Origin: an uncultured Bacillota bacterium
GTDB taxonomy: Bacteria; Bacillota_I; Bacilli_A; RF39; UBA660
Direction of reading: 5' to 3'
DNA length: 34,795 nucleotides
Assembly (NCBI GenBank): GCA_947165195.1
Contig: CAMUZJ010000003.1
Location: 1-34,795, forward strand
Position numbers and translations under genes: made by a program. The stretch's first letter is position 1. Each line of letters opens with the position of its first letter. Positions 1 through 9,256 of this stretch are shown one piece after another. Under the pieces are notes generated by a model. The model searched no databases. It had not been told where the DNA came from and saw nothing but the letters and a program-made list of their open reading frames with translations.

Positions 1-512
1 TGTTGATAATTTGTTTCTTGTGGCTGTTGATTACTAGGATTTTTATTTGTATTTTTATTAAAGATACCTTCTATCCATTCAAAAACTGGATCTTGCATTG
101 GTCTTGCTCCTAGATATTTACTTTCTCCAAATCCTAATATTGGATAGAATATAACAGGAAGGAGATAGTTTCCTATAGCAAATGTATCACTTTTTCCAAA
201 GCTTCTTGCTAGACTAACTGCTAAAATTACTCCAAAATAAATACTTGATGCTAACCATAATAATTGTCCAATTACTGGAATGGATGACAAAGCACTGCCA
301 ATAAATACGATAAGAATCCAATAAGGACTGATTCCAACTATTTTACATAATGTAATTGCATTATAGATTGGAACAATTGCTTTCCATCCCTCTTCCCCCG
401 CTTTTGTAAATATTTTCCATAATCCTATGATTAATAAAATTATAAGCGGTAACATAAATAACATTGACACAAAAAGACTTGCAAACAATAGTGTTAAAAA
501 TTCTTCTGTCAT
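1..512 (-). CDS. Membrane protein, DUF5684-like (partial; runs off the window edge)
   Basis: Not in the ORF track. Manual translation from ATG at 512 (AGGAG RBS at 520-524) gives MTEEFLTLLFASLFV...GLWKIFTKAGEEGWKAIVPIYN...LARSFGKSDTFAIG. The WKIFxKAGxxGWxAxxPxYN pattern and several TM helices match this family. Confidence 0.75.
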   Translation of the reverse strand, partial: MTEEFLTLLFASLFVSMLFMLPLIILLIIGLWKIFTKAGEEGWKAIVPIYNAITLCKIVGISPYWILIVFIGSALSSIPVIGQLLWLASSIYFGVILAVSLARSFGKSDTFAIGNYLLPVIFYPILGFGESKYLGARPMQDPVFEWIEGIFNKNTNKNPSNQQPQETNYQ

Positions 513-523
513 TTTTTTACTCC

Positions 524-1777
524 TTATTCATTTTCTAAAATTTTTTCTACGGCTTTCATTAAGCCAAGTTTTCCATATGGATAAGTAAGAGATCCTTGCA
601 TATATGCAATATATGGTTCTCTAATTGGTCCATCGCAAGATAATTCAATAGATGATCCTTGTGTAAAGGCACCAGCTGCCATAATTACTTTACTAGTATA
701 CCCTGGCATATCAGAGGCCTCTACGATAGCATTAGAATCAATTGGAGATGCTTCTTGAATTCCTCTTGTAAATTCTATTAGTTTTTCTGGATTTCTAAAT
801 ATAATGTTTTGAACAATATCTGCTCTTTCTTCATTATATTTAGGTTCCACATCATATCCTAATTTTTCTAATACTTTGCTGGTTAAAATAGCTGTTTTTA
901 AAGCACTAGCAACTACACTTGGTGCCATAAACAATCCTTGTAATATTTGTTTATTAATTCCTAAACTTGGTCCTACTTCTCTACCTTCTCCAGGAAGAGT
1001 TAATCTTTCTGCACATAATTCTACTAAGTCATGACGTCCTGCAATATAAGCACCATTAGGAGCAATACCACCTCCTAAATTTTTAATAAGAGAACCTACC
1101 ATAATATCAGCTCCTACTGCTACTGGTTCTACCTTACTAACAAATTCACAATAACAATTGTCTATCATAATAATGATATCATTATCTATCTCTTTTATAA
1201 AGCGAATTATCTTTTCTACTTTGTCAATTGTCAAACTTTTTCTGGTAGAGTAGCCTTTACTTCTCTGGATTTCTATTACTTTTACTTTATGTGTTGTAAT
1301 ATAGTCTTTTATTCTATCATAATCGAAGTCGTTATCTACTAAATCTATTTGATCATATATAACTCCAAAACTTTTTAAAGAAGATGCGTTTTCTACAATT
1401 CCTATGACTTCATCTAAAGTATCATATGGTTTTCCGCAAATACTTAACAAAACATCCCCTGGTCTTAAAAGTCCAAAGAAGCATACTGTTAAGGCATGAC
1501 TTCCAGAAATAAACTGACTTCTAACCAAAGCATCTTCACATCCAAAAATATCAGCAAATATTTTCTCAATTGTATCTCTTCCTAAATCATTATAGCCATA
1601 TCCAGTTGTTGCATTAAAATGTGCTTCACTTACTTGAAATTTATGAAAGCTACTTAATACTCTTAAACTATTATAATCACAAAGTTTATCTATTTGTTGA
1701 AACTGTTCTTGTAATTCTTTATCACATTCATTAATTAAATGAACTGTTTTTTCTGTTATTCCTAATTCTTCATACAT
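524..1777 (-). CDS. PLP-dependent methionine gamma-lyase-like / aluminium-resistance family protein (YnbB-like)
   Basis: Motifs TGYGYNDLGRD, SGSHAL, DNCYCEF, GSLIKNLGGG and MAAGAFTQGSSIELSCDGP. Start moved to ATG 1777 (MYEELG) because a GAGGGT RBS lies at 1785-1790. Confidence 0.9.
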   Translation of the reverse strand: MYEELGITEKTVHLINECDKELQEQFQQIDKLCDYNSLRVLSSFHKFQVSEAHFNATTGYGYNDLGRDTIEKIFADIFGCEDALVRSQFISGSHALTVCFFGLLRPGDVLLSICGKPYDTLDEVIGIVENASSLKSFGVIYDQIDLVDNDFDYDRIKDYITTHKVKVIEIQRSKGYSTRKSLTIDKVEKIIRFIKEIDNDIIIMIDNCYCEFVSKVEPVAVGADIMVGSLIKNLGGGIAPNGAYIAGRHDLVELCAERLTLPGEGREVGPSLGINKQILQGLFMAPSVVASALKTAILTSKVLEKLGYDVEPKYNEERADIVQNIIFRNPEKLIEFTRGIQEASPIDSNAIVEASDMPGYTSKVIMAAGAFTQGSSIELSCDGPIREPYIAYMQGSLTYPYGKLGLMKAVEKILENE

Positions 1778-1791
1778 GAATAAAACCCTCA

Positions 1792-2532
1792 CTATTCATT
1801 AAATTTTCCACCATCGACACGAATAATAGAATCATTTACATAACTAGCTTTTGAACTAGCTAAAAAAACTACTACTCTAGCGATTTCTTCTACTTCTGCA
1901 AATCTATGCAAAAGGATTTTCTTATTATATTCCTCTACTTGTTCCATTGTCAAATCTTTATTCATATCTGTCTTAACCCATCCAGGGCATACACAATTTA
2001 CTTGGATATAAGGAGCAAATTCTCTTGCTAGATTGTGTGTTAGAGAAATAACTCCTGCTTTAGAGGCATCATAATCACAGCTTTCCGGATAATACGTATC
2101 AATGGCATTTGTTGAGGAAATGTTGATAATTTTTCCTTTTTTTAATTCTTTCATAATACGTCCTACATATTTACTACATAAATAAGTTCCTATTAAATTA
2201 ACATCTAATATTCGTCTAAAATCATTCACTGTTTTATCCATTAATAAGGAATCTTTACATATGCTTGCATTATTTACTAATATATCTATTCCCCCGAAAG
2301 CATCACATACATCATTTACCATTTTTTCTACTTCTTCTTCATTAGAAATATCGCATTGCACTACCATTACAGATACATTATATGTATTTGAAATATATTT
2401 TTGAAACTCAATTGCCTCTTCTTCATGATGACAGTAAGTAATAACAACATCTAAGCCACATTTAGCAAATTCTTCAATAATTGCTTTTCCGATACCTCTA
2501 TTACTCCCTGTTACTAGTGCTACTTTTTTCAT
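1792..2532 (-). CDS. SDR family NAD(P)-dependent oxidoreductase (FabG-like)
   Basis: TGSNRGIG Rossmann motif, DILVNNA, catalytic YDASK, CPGWVKTDM and the C-terminal VDGG. Confidence 0.9.
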   Translation of the reverse strand: MKKVALVTGSNRGIGKAIIEEFAKCGLDVVITYCHHEEEAIEFQKYISNTYNVSVMVVQCDISNEEEVEKMVNDVCDAFGGIDILVNNASICKDSLLMDKTVNDFRRILDVNLIGTYLCSKYVGRIMKELKKGKIINISSTNAIDTYYPESCDYDASKAGVISLTHNLAREFAPYIQVNCVCPGWVKTDMNKDLTMEQVEEYNKKILLHRFAEVEEIARVVVFLASSKASYVNDSIIRVDGGKFNE

Positions 2533-2546
2533 ATATTTCCTTCTTT

Positions 2547-2972
2547 CTATTTTGCTAATTTATAATAATCTATGAAGTTTTGTAATTCTTCTAAATCATT
2601 TATATTAAATAAGTTAGAATACATTTTTCCTTTTTGAAAATATAAAATACCAGACTCAATCTCATCTGTACTAGTAATATTATATTCTTTATATAAGTCA
2701 TCTGCTGTACTACTTTTACTATTTATTTTTTGATAATCTGTACTATTCTTATTTAAAATAGACTCTATTTCTTTACAATTTTTACAGTCTTTCGAATAAA
2801 GATAAATGACATAAGTATTATTTTTGGATATATCATTTTGAACATTTTTAGTAAAACCATACATTCTATAGATTATCACTATCATTAATAAGCTAAATAC
2901 TATTGCTAAAAAAAGTCCTAATAGAAATCTATTTCTATATTTTTTATATTCTGGATCTTTATTTCCTTTCAT
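2547..2972 (-). CDS. Membrane-anchored thioredoxin-fold protein
   Basis: One N-terminal TM helix followed by YLYSKDCKNC (CxxC) and ILYFQKGK. Confidence 0.6.
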   Translation of the reverse strand: MKGNKDPEYKKYRNRFLLGLFLAIVFSLLMIVIIYRMYGFTKNVQNDISKNNTYVIYLYSKDCKNCKEIESILNKNSTDYQKINSKSSTADDLYKEYNITSTDEIESGILYFQKGKMYSNLFNINDLEELQNFIDYYKLAK

Positions 2973-3136
2973 AGGATAAATCCCCTTTCTGCTAACTTAC
3001 TTTTATTCTATTGTATCATATATTAAAATATTTTAAAGTTTTAATAATAATATTAGAAAAAATATAAATACTATTATTGTAGTTATTGCCTAGTTAAAAA
3101 TTTTATTATAAAATAGTAAAAAATGGAGGAGTTAAT

Positions 3137-3844
3137 ATGCCGGTTATTGGAATACCAGTCAGATATGATTATAGTAAGGATGAAGAAAAGTCTATTTTAT
3201 ATATTTATGAATCTGTTAGAAGAAGTATTCAACAAGCAGGGGGAGATATTTTTTTATTACTGCCCATTCAAAATATTGATTATATGAAGGTAAAAAATAG
3301 TGACTTTCCACCTTTTTCTAGGAAAGAAAAGGAGAAGATACATTCTATGTTAGATAGGTGTGATGGACTTTTTTTACCAGGGGGAATTAAGTTTACACCA
3401 TTTGATAGATACATTTTAGATTATGCTATTAAAAAGGATATTCCTACTTTAGGAGTTTGTTTAAGTATGCAAATGATGTGTTGCTATAAGAAAAAGATTT
3501 TTCTTAAGGAGATTAGTTCGACAATTAATCACCATCAAGCGGATGAAGATTATGTTCATTCTATAAAGATTGATAAGACTTCTAAATTATTTGAAATAGT
3601 TGGAAAAGAGGAGATAATTGTCAATAGTAATCATAAATATGAAGGAGGAGAAAATCCTATTTATAAGATAACTGCTAAAGCTCCTGATGGAGTAATTGAA
3701 GCCATTGAACATCCTAATTGTACTTTTCATATAGGATTACAATGGCATCCTGAAAAAACTTATTTTACGGATACATATTCTAAAGCAATTATTGATCGAT
3801 TAATTGAGGAAGCAAATAAATATGCTACTAGAAAAAGAAAATAG
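3137..3844 (+). CDS. Gamma-glutamyl-gamma-aminobutyrate hydrolase family (peptidase C26, class I GATase)
   Basis: MPVIGI start, GLFLPGG, catalytic GVCLSMQ, VNSNH and GLQWHPE; GGAGG RBS upstream. Confidence 0.9.
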   Translation: MPVIGIPVRYDYSKDEEKSILYIYESVRRSIQQAGGDIFLLLPIQNIDYMKVKNSDFPPFSRKEKEKIHSMLDRCDGLFLPGGIKFTPFDRYILDYAIKKDIPTLGVCLSMQMMCCYKKKIFLKEISSTINHHQADEDYVHSIKIDKTSKLFEIVGKEEIIVNSNHKYEGGENPIYKITAKAPDGVIEAIEHPNCTFHIGLQWHPEKTYFTDTYSKAIIDRLIEEANKYATRKRK

Positions 3845-3870
3845 ATAGTTTCAAGCTATCTATTATTTTT
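3839..3870. terminator. Bidirectional intrinsic terminator between convergent genes
   Basis: AATAGATAG-N7-CTATCTATT inverted repeat flanked by A/T runs. Confidence 0.65.
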
Positions 3871-4360
3871 CTCTAGAAAAATCTATTGTTCTTTTTGTTT
3901 TTTGTTTATTATGGGAATTACTATTTCTTTGTTTTCTAGCTTGAGCTTCTCTACTTTTTTGTTTACGAATGGCTTTTTCTAAAATATTACATATTCTTTG
4001 TTCCTCTTCTGTTTTTACTTTTTTACCATTTAATCCCATTTCTATTTCTAGTCCTAAAATATCTGTCCAATCTTTGGTTGCTAGATATTGTTCCTGACAC
4101 CCCATCTCTAAAGATCTGTTAAATATTTCTATATTTCTTCTAGAAATTACTCTATTAGCTTGTTCTATTTTATAACTAAGTTCTTGATTATTTTGTGATG
4201 CATAATATTGAAGAGATTGTCTAACTATGAATGGAAATTCTAAAATTCTCTCAGCTATTTGATTTTGATTTGCAGCTTTTAAATTAAGCATTTCTACAAT
4301 ATTTTTTATATTATTTTGCATTTTTTCACTTTTATAAATTTCTTCTAGTTCTTTTTTCAT
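3863..4360 (-). CDS. Hypothetical helical protein with a basic C-terminal tail
   Basis: 165-aa ORF with GGGAGTG RBS and an extended -10-like TGTGGTAAAAT upstream; no recognisable motif. Confidence 0.7.
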   Translation of the reverse strand: MKKELEEIYKSEKMQNNIKNIVEMLNLKAANQNQIAERILEFPFIVRQSLQYYASQNNQELSYKIEQANRVISRRNIEIFNRSLEMGCQEQYLATKDWTDILGLEIEMGLNGKKVKTEEEQRICNILEKAIRKQKSREAQARKQRNSNSHNKQKTKRTIDFSREK

Positions 4361-4400
4361 TTATGTCACTCCCTGAAGCAGTATTTTACCACATCTAATG

Positions 4401-4447
4401 AAAAATAAAAAGCCTAATTTCTTAAGATTTGAAATTAGACTTTTTTT
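4401..4447 (-). terminator. Intrinsic terminator after ileS
   Basis: AGTCTAATTTC-N9-GAAATTAGGCT followed by TTTTATTTTT on the minus strand. Confidence 0.8.
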
Positions 4448-4450
4448 GTT

Positions 4451-7400
4451 TTATATTCTTTCTACTTTTATAACAACTTTTTCATCATTTAATTCTTCAA
4501 TTGGCTCATCACTAGTAACTATTAATTCATCTCCTAATACTTCACCCATTACATAATCTTTGTATTTTTCAATCATCTTCTTAACATTATCAGTACCATT
4601 ATAGAATACTTTAATATGATTCGTAATTTCAAAGTCAGATTCTTTACGAAGAGCTTGTACTTTACGAACAAATTCACGGGCAAGTCCTTCTAAGATTAAA
4701 TCTTCTGTCAAAGTAGTATCAATTACTACACAATTTTTTTCATTTACAACGGATGCATATCCATCTTTTTGTTGTAGAGTAATAATTACTGTATCTTCTG
4801 TTAAGGTAAATTCTTCTCCTTCTAGAGAGATTGTTTTTCCACCATTTCGAATTTCCTCTACTTCTTTAGAACCATAATTTTTCATAACATCTTGAAGTAA
4901 TTTTATCTTTTGTCCTAATACTTTTCCTAATTCTTTAAAGTTAGGTTTTACAGTATAATCAAGATACTCACTCATATCTTTTTTATATTCAATATTTTTA
5001 ACATTCAATTCTTCTTTGATAACACTATCTAAATTACCAATTATTTCTTTATCAGATTCTGGTAATATTAAGTTACTAATAGGTTGACGTACTTTGATAT
5101 TTACTTCTTCTCTAGCAAATCTACCTAAAGAACAAATATCTCTTACTAAGTCCATTTTTTCTTCTACTTCTTCATCTATTAATTTCTCATCATATACTGG
5201 ATACGTTTTTAAATGTACAGATTCTTCGCCAGTTAATTTTTGATAGATTTCTTCTGTAATAAATGGAGTAAGTGGAGCACATAATCTACATAAGGTTTCT
5301 AATACTTCATAGGTAGTTAAATATACTGCTTTTTTAGATTCTGTTAGTTCTGAGTCCCAGAATCTTCTTCTATTACTTCTAATATACCAGTTAGATAAAT
5401 CATCATTTAAGAATGGAATAATATATTTCGTTGCTTTATTTAAGTCATACTCTTCCATAGCAGTACCAACATTTTTAATAAGCTTATTTAATTTTGATAA
5501 TAGCCATCTATCAATTAATTCTCTTTTTTCTACTGGTATATTATCCCCCCTTGGATCGATATGGTCAGCATTGGCATACATTTCAAAGAAGGAATATGCA
5601 TTTTTTAAAGTTGAAATATATTTTGAATATACTTCTTTTACTCCTACCTCATCAAATCGAAGTGGTGTCCATACAGGAGAAGTATATAACATATAAAATC
5701 TAATTGTATCTGCTCCGTATTGTGTCATAATCTCTATTGGATTAATAATATTACCAACAGATTTAGACATTTTCTTACCGTGAGCATCTAGCATCATGTC
5801 ATTTACTACTACATTTTTAAAGCTTGCTTTTCCACTGATTAGGGTAGAGATTACAAGAAGTACATAGAACCATCCTCTTGTTTGATCGACACCTTCTGCA
5901 ATAAAATCAGCTGGAAATTGATTTTCAAATAGCTCTTTATTTTCAAATGGATAATGATACTGTGCATATGGCATAGCACCTGAGTCAAACCATACATCCA
6001 TAACATCTAATACTCTTGACATCGTATTACCACATTTAGGACAATGAATATGAATATTATCTACATATGGTCTATGTAATTCCAAATTATCATCTATTTT
6101 TTCAATTGCTTTTTCTTTTAATTCTGCAACAGATCCAATTGTCTCAAAATGACCACAGTCACAAGTCCAAATTGGTAGAGGGCATCCCCAATATCTATTT
6201 CTAGAAATTCCCCAATCAATCATATTTTCAAGCCAATTGGCAAATCTTTTTTCTCCTACATAATCTGGATGCCAATGAATTTTTTTATTTTCTTCTATTA
6301 TCTTTTCTTTATAGGCAGTATTATGTAAGTACCATGCAGGTTTTGCGTAATAGATTAATGGTTGTTTACATCTCCAACAGTGTGGATAATCATGTGTTAT
6401 TTTTACTTTTTTAAATAACTTATCTTCGCTATGTAGATATTTTATAATATCAATTTCTAGTTCTTGTTCTGTTACTAATCTACCTGTCCATGGACCTTCT
6501 GTATAGCATCCATCTTTTCCTACTGGGTTAACAAAAGTGATACCATTTGCTTTACAAACACGATTATCATCTTCACCAAATGCTGGAGCCATATGAACAA
6601 TCCCTGTACCATCACTGGCAGTTACATAATTATCGGCAAGGATTTCAAATGCTTTTCCTTCGACTTTAATAAAAGGCATTAGTTGTTCATATTGTTTACC
6701 AACTAAATCTTTTCCTTTATAGGTTTCTAATACTTCGTATTCTTCTCCTAGTACTTGATTTGCTAAAGTTTGAGCCACTATAAAGTGATACCCTTTACTA
6801 GCTGCTTTTACATAGGTTAAATCAGGATTGACACATAAAGCAACATTAGCAATTAGTGTCCAAGGGGTAGTTGTCCAAACAAGTACATACGTATCTTCTT
6901 CTTTTAATTTAAATGGGACAATAACTGTATTTACAGAAACTTCTTTATATCCTTGTGCCACTTCAAATGATGAAAGTTCTGTACCACATCGATAACAATA
7001 TGGTAATACTTTATTACTGTGATAAATTAGTCCTTTTTTATTTAATTGATCAATAATCCACCATTCTGTTTCAATATATTCATTACTACAAGTAACATAT
7101 GGATTATCACTATCAATAAATTGTCCCATCATATCGGTAACTTTTCTTACTTCATCGATATTGGTTGCTGTTTCATTTTTACATTCACGACAGAAATTTT
7201 CAACTCCTAATTTTTCAATATCTGCTTTTGATTTAAATCCAAGTTTTTTTTCGACATTAACCTCTATTGGTAATCCATGAGTATCAAGACCGATTTTTCT
7301 TAAGACACGGTATCCTTGCATCGTTTTATATTTACAAAAACTATCTTTTATAGTTTTAGCAAATACATGATGAATTCCAGGTTTTGCATTTGCATAAATT

Positions 7401-7540
7401 GGTCCATCATAGAAAACAAAGTCTTCTCCATCTTTTCTTGTTTCGATACTTCTTTTTAATATATCAATCTTTTTCCAATAATCTGTGTATTTTTTTTCTA
7501 CTTCAGAAACTGTTCCTTTCTCTAATTTTTGAAATTCCAT
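4451..7540 (-). CDS. ileS: Isoleucine--tRNA ligase, type 2 (IleRS2)
   Basis: FYDGPIYANAKPGIHH (HIGH-equivalent), editing motifs WTTTPWTL and GTGIVHMAPAFGEDD, DQTRGWF, KMSKS. The C-terminal EGLAREFVRKVQALRK domain is the IleRS2 type, with no C-terminal zinc finger. Confidence 0.97.
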   Translation of the reverse strand: MEFQKLEKGTVSEVEKKYTDYWKKIDILKRSIETRKDGEDFVFYDGPIYANAKPGIHHVFAKTIKDSFCKYKTMQGYRVLRKIGLDTHGLPIEVNVEKKLGFKSKADIEKLGVENFCRECKNETATNIDEVRKVTDMMGQFIDSDNPYVTCSNEYIETEWWIIDQLNKKGLIYHSNKVLPYCYRCGTELSSFEVAQGYKEVSVNTVIVPFKLKEEDTYVLVWTTTPWTLIANVALCVNPDLTYVKAASKGYHFIVAQTLANQVLGEEYEVLETYKGKDLVGKQYEQLMPFIKVEGKAFEILADNYVTASDGTGIVHMAPAFGEDDNRVCKANGITFVNPVGKDGCYTEGPWTGRLVTEQELEIDIIKYLHSEDKLFKKVKITHDYPHCWRCKQPLIYYAKPAWYLHNTAYKEKIIEENKKIHWHPDYVGEKRFANWLENMIDWGISRNRYWGCPLPIWTCDCGHFETIGSVAELKEKAIEKIDDNLELHRPYVDNIHIHCPKCGNTMSRVLDVMDVWFDSGAMPYAQYHYPFENKELFENQFPADFIAEGVDQTRGWFYVLLVISTLISGKASFKNVVVNDMMLDAHGKKMSKSVGNIINPIEIMTQYGADTIRFYMLYTSPVWTPLRFDEVGVKEVYSKYISTLKNAYSFFEMYANADHIDPRGDNIPVEKRELIDRWLLSKLNKLIKNVGTAMEEYDLNKATKYIIPFLNDDLSNWYIRSNRRRFWDSELTESKKAVYLTTYEVLETLCRLCAPLTPFITEEIYQKLTGEESVHLKTYPVYDEKLIDEEVEEKMDLVRDICSLGRFAREEVNIKVRQPISNLILPESDKEIIGNLDSVIKEELNVKNIEYKKDMSEYLDYTVKPNFKELGKVLGQKIKLLQDVMKNYGSKEVEEIRNGGKTISLEGEEFTLTEDTVIITLQQKDGYASVVNEKNCVVIDTTLTEDLILEGLAREFVRKVQALRKESDFEITNHIKVFYNGTDNVKKMIEKYKDYVMGEVLGDELIVTSDEPIEELNDEKVVIKVERI

Positions 7541-7553
7541 ATAAACCCTCCTT

Positions 7554-8504
7554 CTAACTGAATATTACATAGCTATAATATATCGCAAATATTGCTAAAA
7601 ATATAATTCCATGTGTTTTATTCAACTTATAATTTCTAAATGAGAATACAAATAATAAGATAGATGCTAATAACATAACAGCTAAGTCTATGTAACTGAA
7701 GGCAATTCTTCCAATTCCACCAAATAATGCGACTGGAAGCGCTACTACTAAACCAATGTTGAAGATATTACTTCCCACTACATTTCCGATTGCTATATCA
7801 TATTCTCCTTTACGAGTTGCTGCAACAGATGTAACTAACTCTGGTAAACTTGTACCTAAAGCAATGATAGTTAAACTGATCATTCTTTGACTTACTCCAA
7901 AGAATCTAGCGATTTCTGATGCTGAGTCTACTACAAAGTTACTTCCTAAGACAATACCAACTAGTCCTAATACTGTATAGATAGCAGCTTTCGACATAGG
8001 CATTATTTCACTATCTTCCTCTTCTTCTGTTGTTTTATTTCTCATCATGGTAAATAAATAATATAAATATACTAAGAAGAAAAGCATTAGTACAATACCA
8101 TCTCCTCTAGTAAACATATTAGGTGCTTTATCGTATAAGCCATCTGTTAATAATACAGCAAATAAAGCAGTTATTAACATAGTAATTGGTAATTCTTTTT
8201 TAACAGTTGCATTTTTTACATTTAAAGTATGTACTACAGCTGAACAACCTAATATTAATAAAATATTTAAGATATTACTACCAATAACGTTTCCAAGGAC
8301 CATATCTCCATTATGAGATAGTAAAGATTTTATACTTACAGCAAACTCTGGAGCAGATGTACCAAAGGCTACTATTGTAAGACCTATTAGCATTTTGGAT
8401 ACTTTGAAGTTAGCAGCTACACTACTAGCACCATCTACAAAAATATCGGCACCTTTAATTAATATGACAAAACCAACAATTAATAAAATAACACTTATAA
8501 TCAT
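7554..8504 (-). CDS. Calcium/sodium (Ca2+:cation) antiporter, YrbG-like
   Basis: Two alpha repeats, GTSAPE...GNVIGSNILN and GTSLPE...GNVVGSNIFN. The true start is likely ATG 8504 (AGGAGG at 8511-8516); the ORF-track extension overlaps the T-box. Confidence 0.92.
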   Translation of the reverse strand: MIISVILLIVGFVILIKGADIFVDGASSVAANFKVSKMLIGLTIVAFGTSAPEFAVSIKSLLSHNGDMVLGNVIGSNILNILLILGCSAVVHTLNVKNATVKKELPITMLITALFAVLLTDGLYDKAPNMFTRGDGIVLMLFFLVYLYYLFTMMRNKTTEEEEDSEIMPMSKAAIYTVLGLVGIVLGSNFVVDSASEIARFFGVSQRMISLTIIALGTSLPELVTSVAATRKGEYDIAIGNVVGSNIFNIGLVVALPVALFGGIGRIAFSYIDLAVMLLASILLFVFSFRNYKLNKTHGIIFLAIFAIYYSYVIFS

Positions 8505-8537
8505 AATATTCCTCCTTATTATTTTTTTATGAATAAA

Positions 8538-8765
8538 ACAAAAAAAAGGTAATATCCAAAGGACAGAAACAGACAGTTCCTGTGGTACCACCTTACTTTA
8601 TAAGAACAAAGTTCTTACCTCTATACTATAACGCGTAACCGTATTTATCTTATCCATAAATCGCAACTTGGAAGTGATCTAAATATTTCTTCATAACTTA
8701 TTTTCACCAACCATAAGTTCTCTACGTAATCCAAAATATTCCGTCTTCCGCACTTGCTTTACAGT
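8538..8765 (-). promoter_or_regulatory. T-box riboswitch with Ile (AUC) specifier
   Basis: The minus strand shows an AGAGA box, a GGTTGGTGAAA distal loop, specifier AG-ATC-AC (ATC at 8676-8678), a CGCGTTA element, the T-box AAGTAAGGTGGTACCAC, and a terminator region ending in a long T run. Confidence 0.92.
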
Positions 8766-8769
8766 GACT

Positions 8770-8798
8770 AATATACCACAATTTGATATAAAATACAA
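8770..8798 (-). promoter_or_regulatory. SigA-like promoter for the T-box / antiporter / ileS unit
   Basis: TTGTAT-17 bp-TATATT with an extended -10 TG. Confidence 0.6.
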
Positions 8799-8808
8799 CA
8801 ATTATATT

Positions 8809-8836
8809 TTGAAAATATTTTATTCTGTGTTAGAAT
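8809..8836 (+). promoter_or_regulatory. SigA-like promoter for the 8868 gene (back-to-back with the T-box promoter)
   Basis: TTGAAA-16 bp-TAGAAT with an extended -10 TG. Confidence 0.55.
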
Positions 8837-8867
8837 ATAGCTCGGACTTATAAAGGAGACAACTAGA

Positions 8868-9203
8868 GTGAGTGAAAAAAATAATATTGAAAAGCAGAGA
8901 TTATGTCAAATCTCTAAATATAAACTTAGTACTGTACTGCATCTTTCTTCTGATATTGCAATGGTAGGATTTTCTACTTTTGGAGCAATAGTCGCTGCTA
9001 AAAACTTTACAAAAGCTATAACAGAAGACAATTTTAATATCACGGGAATAGGACATGGAATATTTGCTGTTATATTTACAGCATCTACTATTTATGCTGG
9101 AGTATGTGCATATAATGAAATAAAAGATCATCAAGAAGTAATGAAGCTTTTAAAAGATAATACTGAAGAAAAGCAGCCAACTCAAAAAGTATTGAAAAGA
9201 TAA
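8868..9203 (+). CDS. Small hypothetical membrane protein (2 TM)
   Basis: AAGGAG RBS, GTG start, two hydrophobic segments and a basic C-terminus QKVLKR. Confidence 0.7.
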   Translation: MSEKNNIEKQRLCQISKYKLSTVLHLSSDIAMVGFSTFGAIVAAKNFTKAITEDNFNITGIGHGIFAVIFTASTIYAGVCAYNEIKDHQEVMKLLKDNTEEKQPTQKVLKR

Positions 9204-9256
9204 TAATAATACTTGATTTTAAATAATAAAGTTTTTTTGCTAAAAAAAGACAATTT

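Noticed and set aside
5494-5703. Plus-strand 69-aa ORF
   Set aside because: Antisense shadow inside ileS with no recognisable motif.
8505-8591. N-terminal extension of the antiporter in the ORF track (could look like a leader peptide)
   Set aside because: It overlaps the T-box and terminator, and a strong AGGAGG supports ATG 8504.
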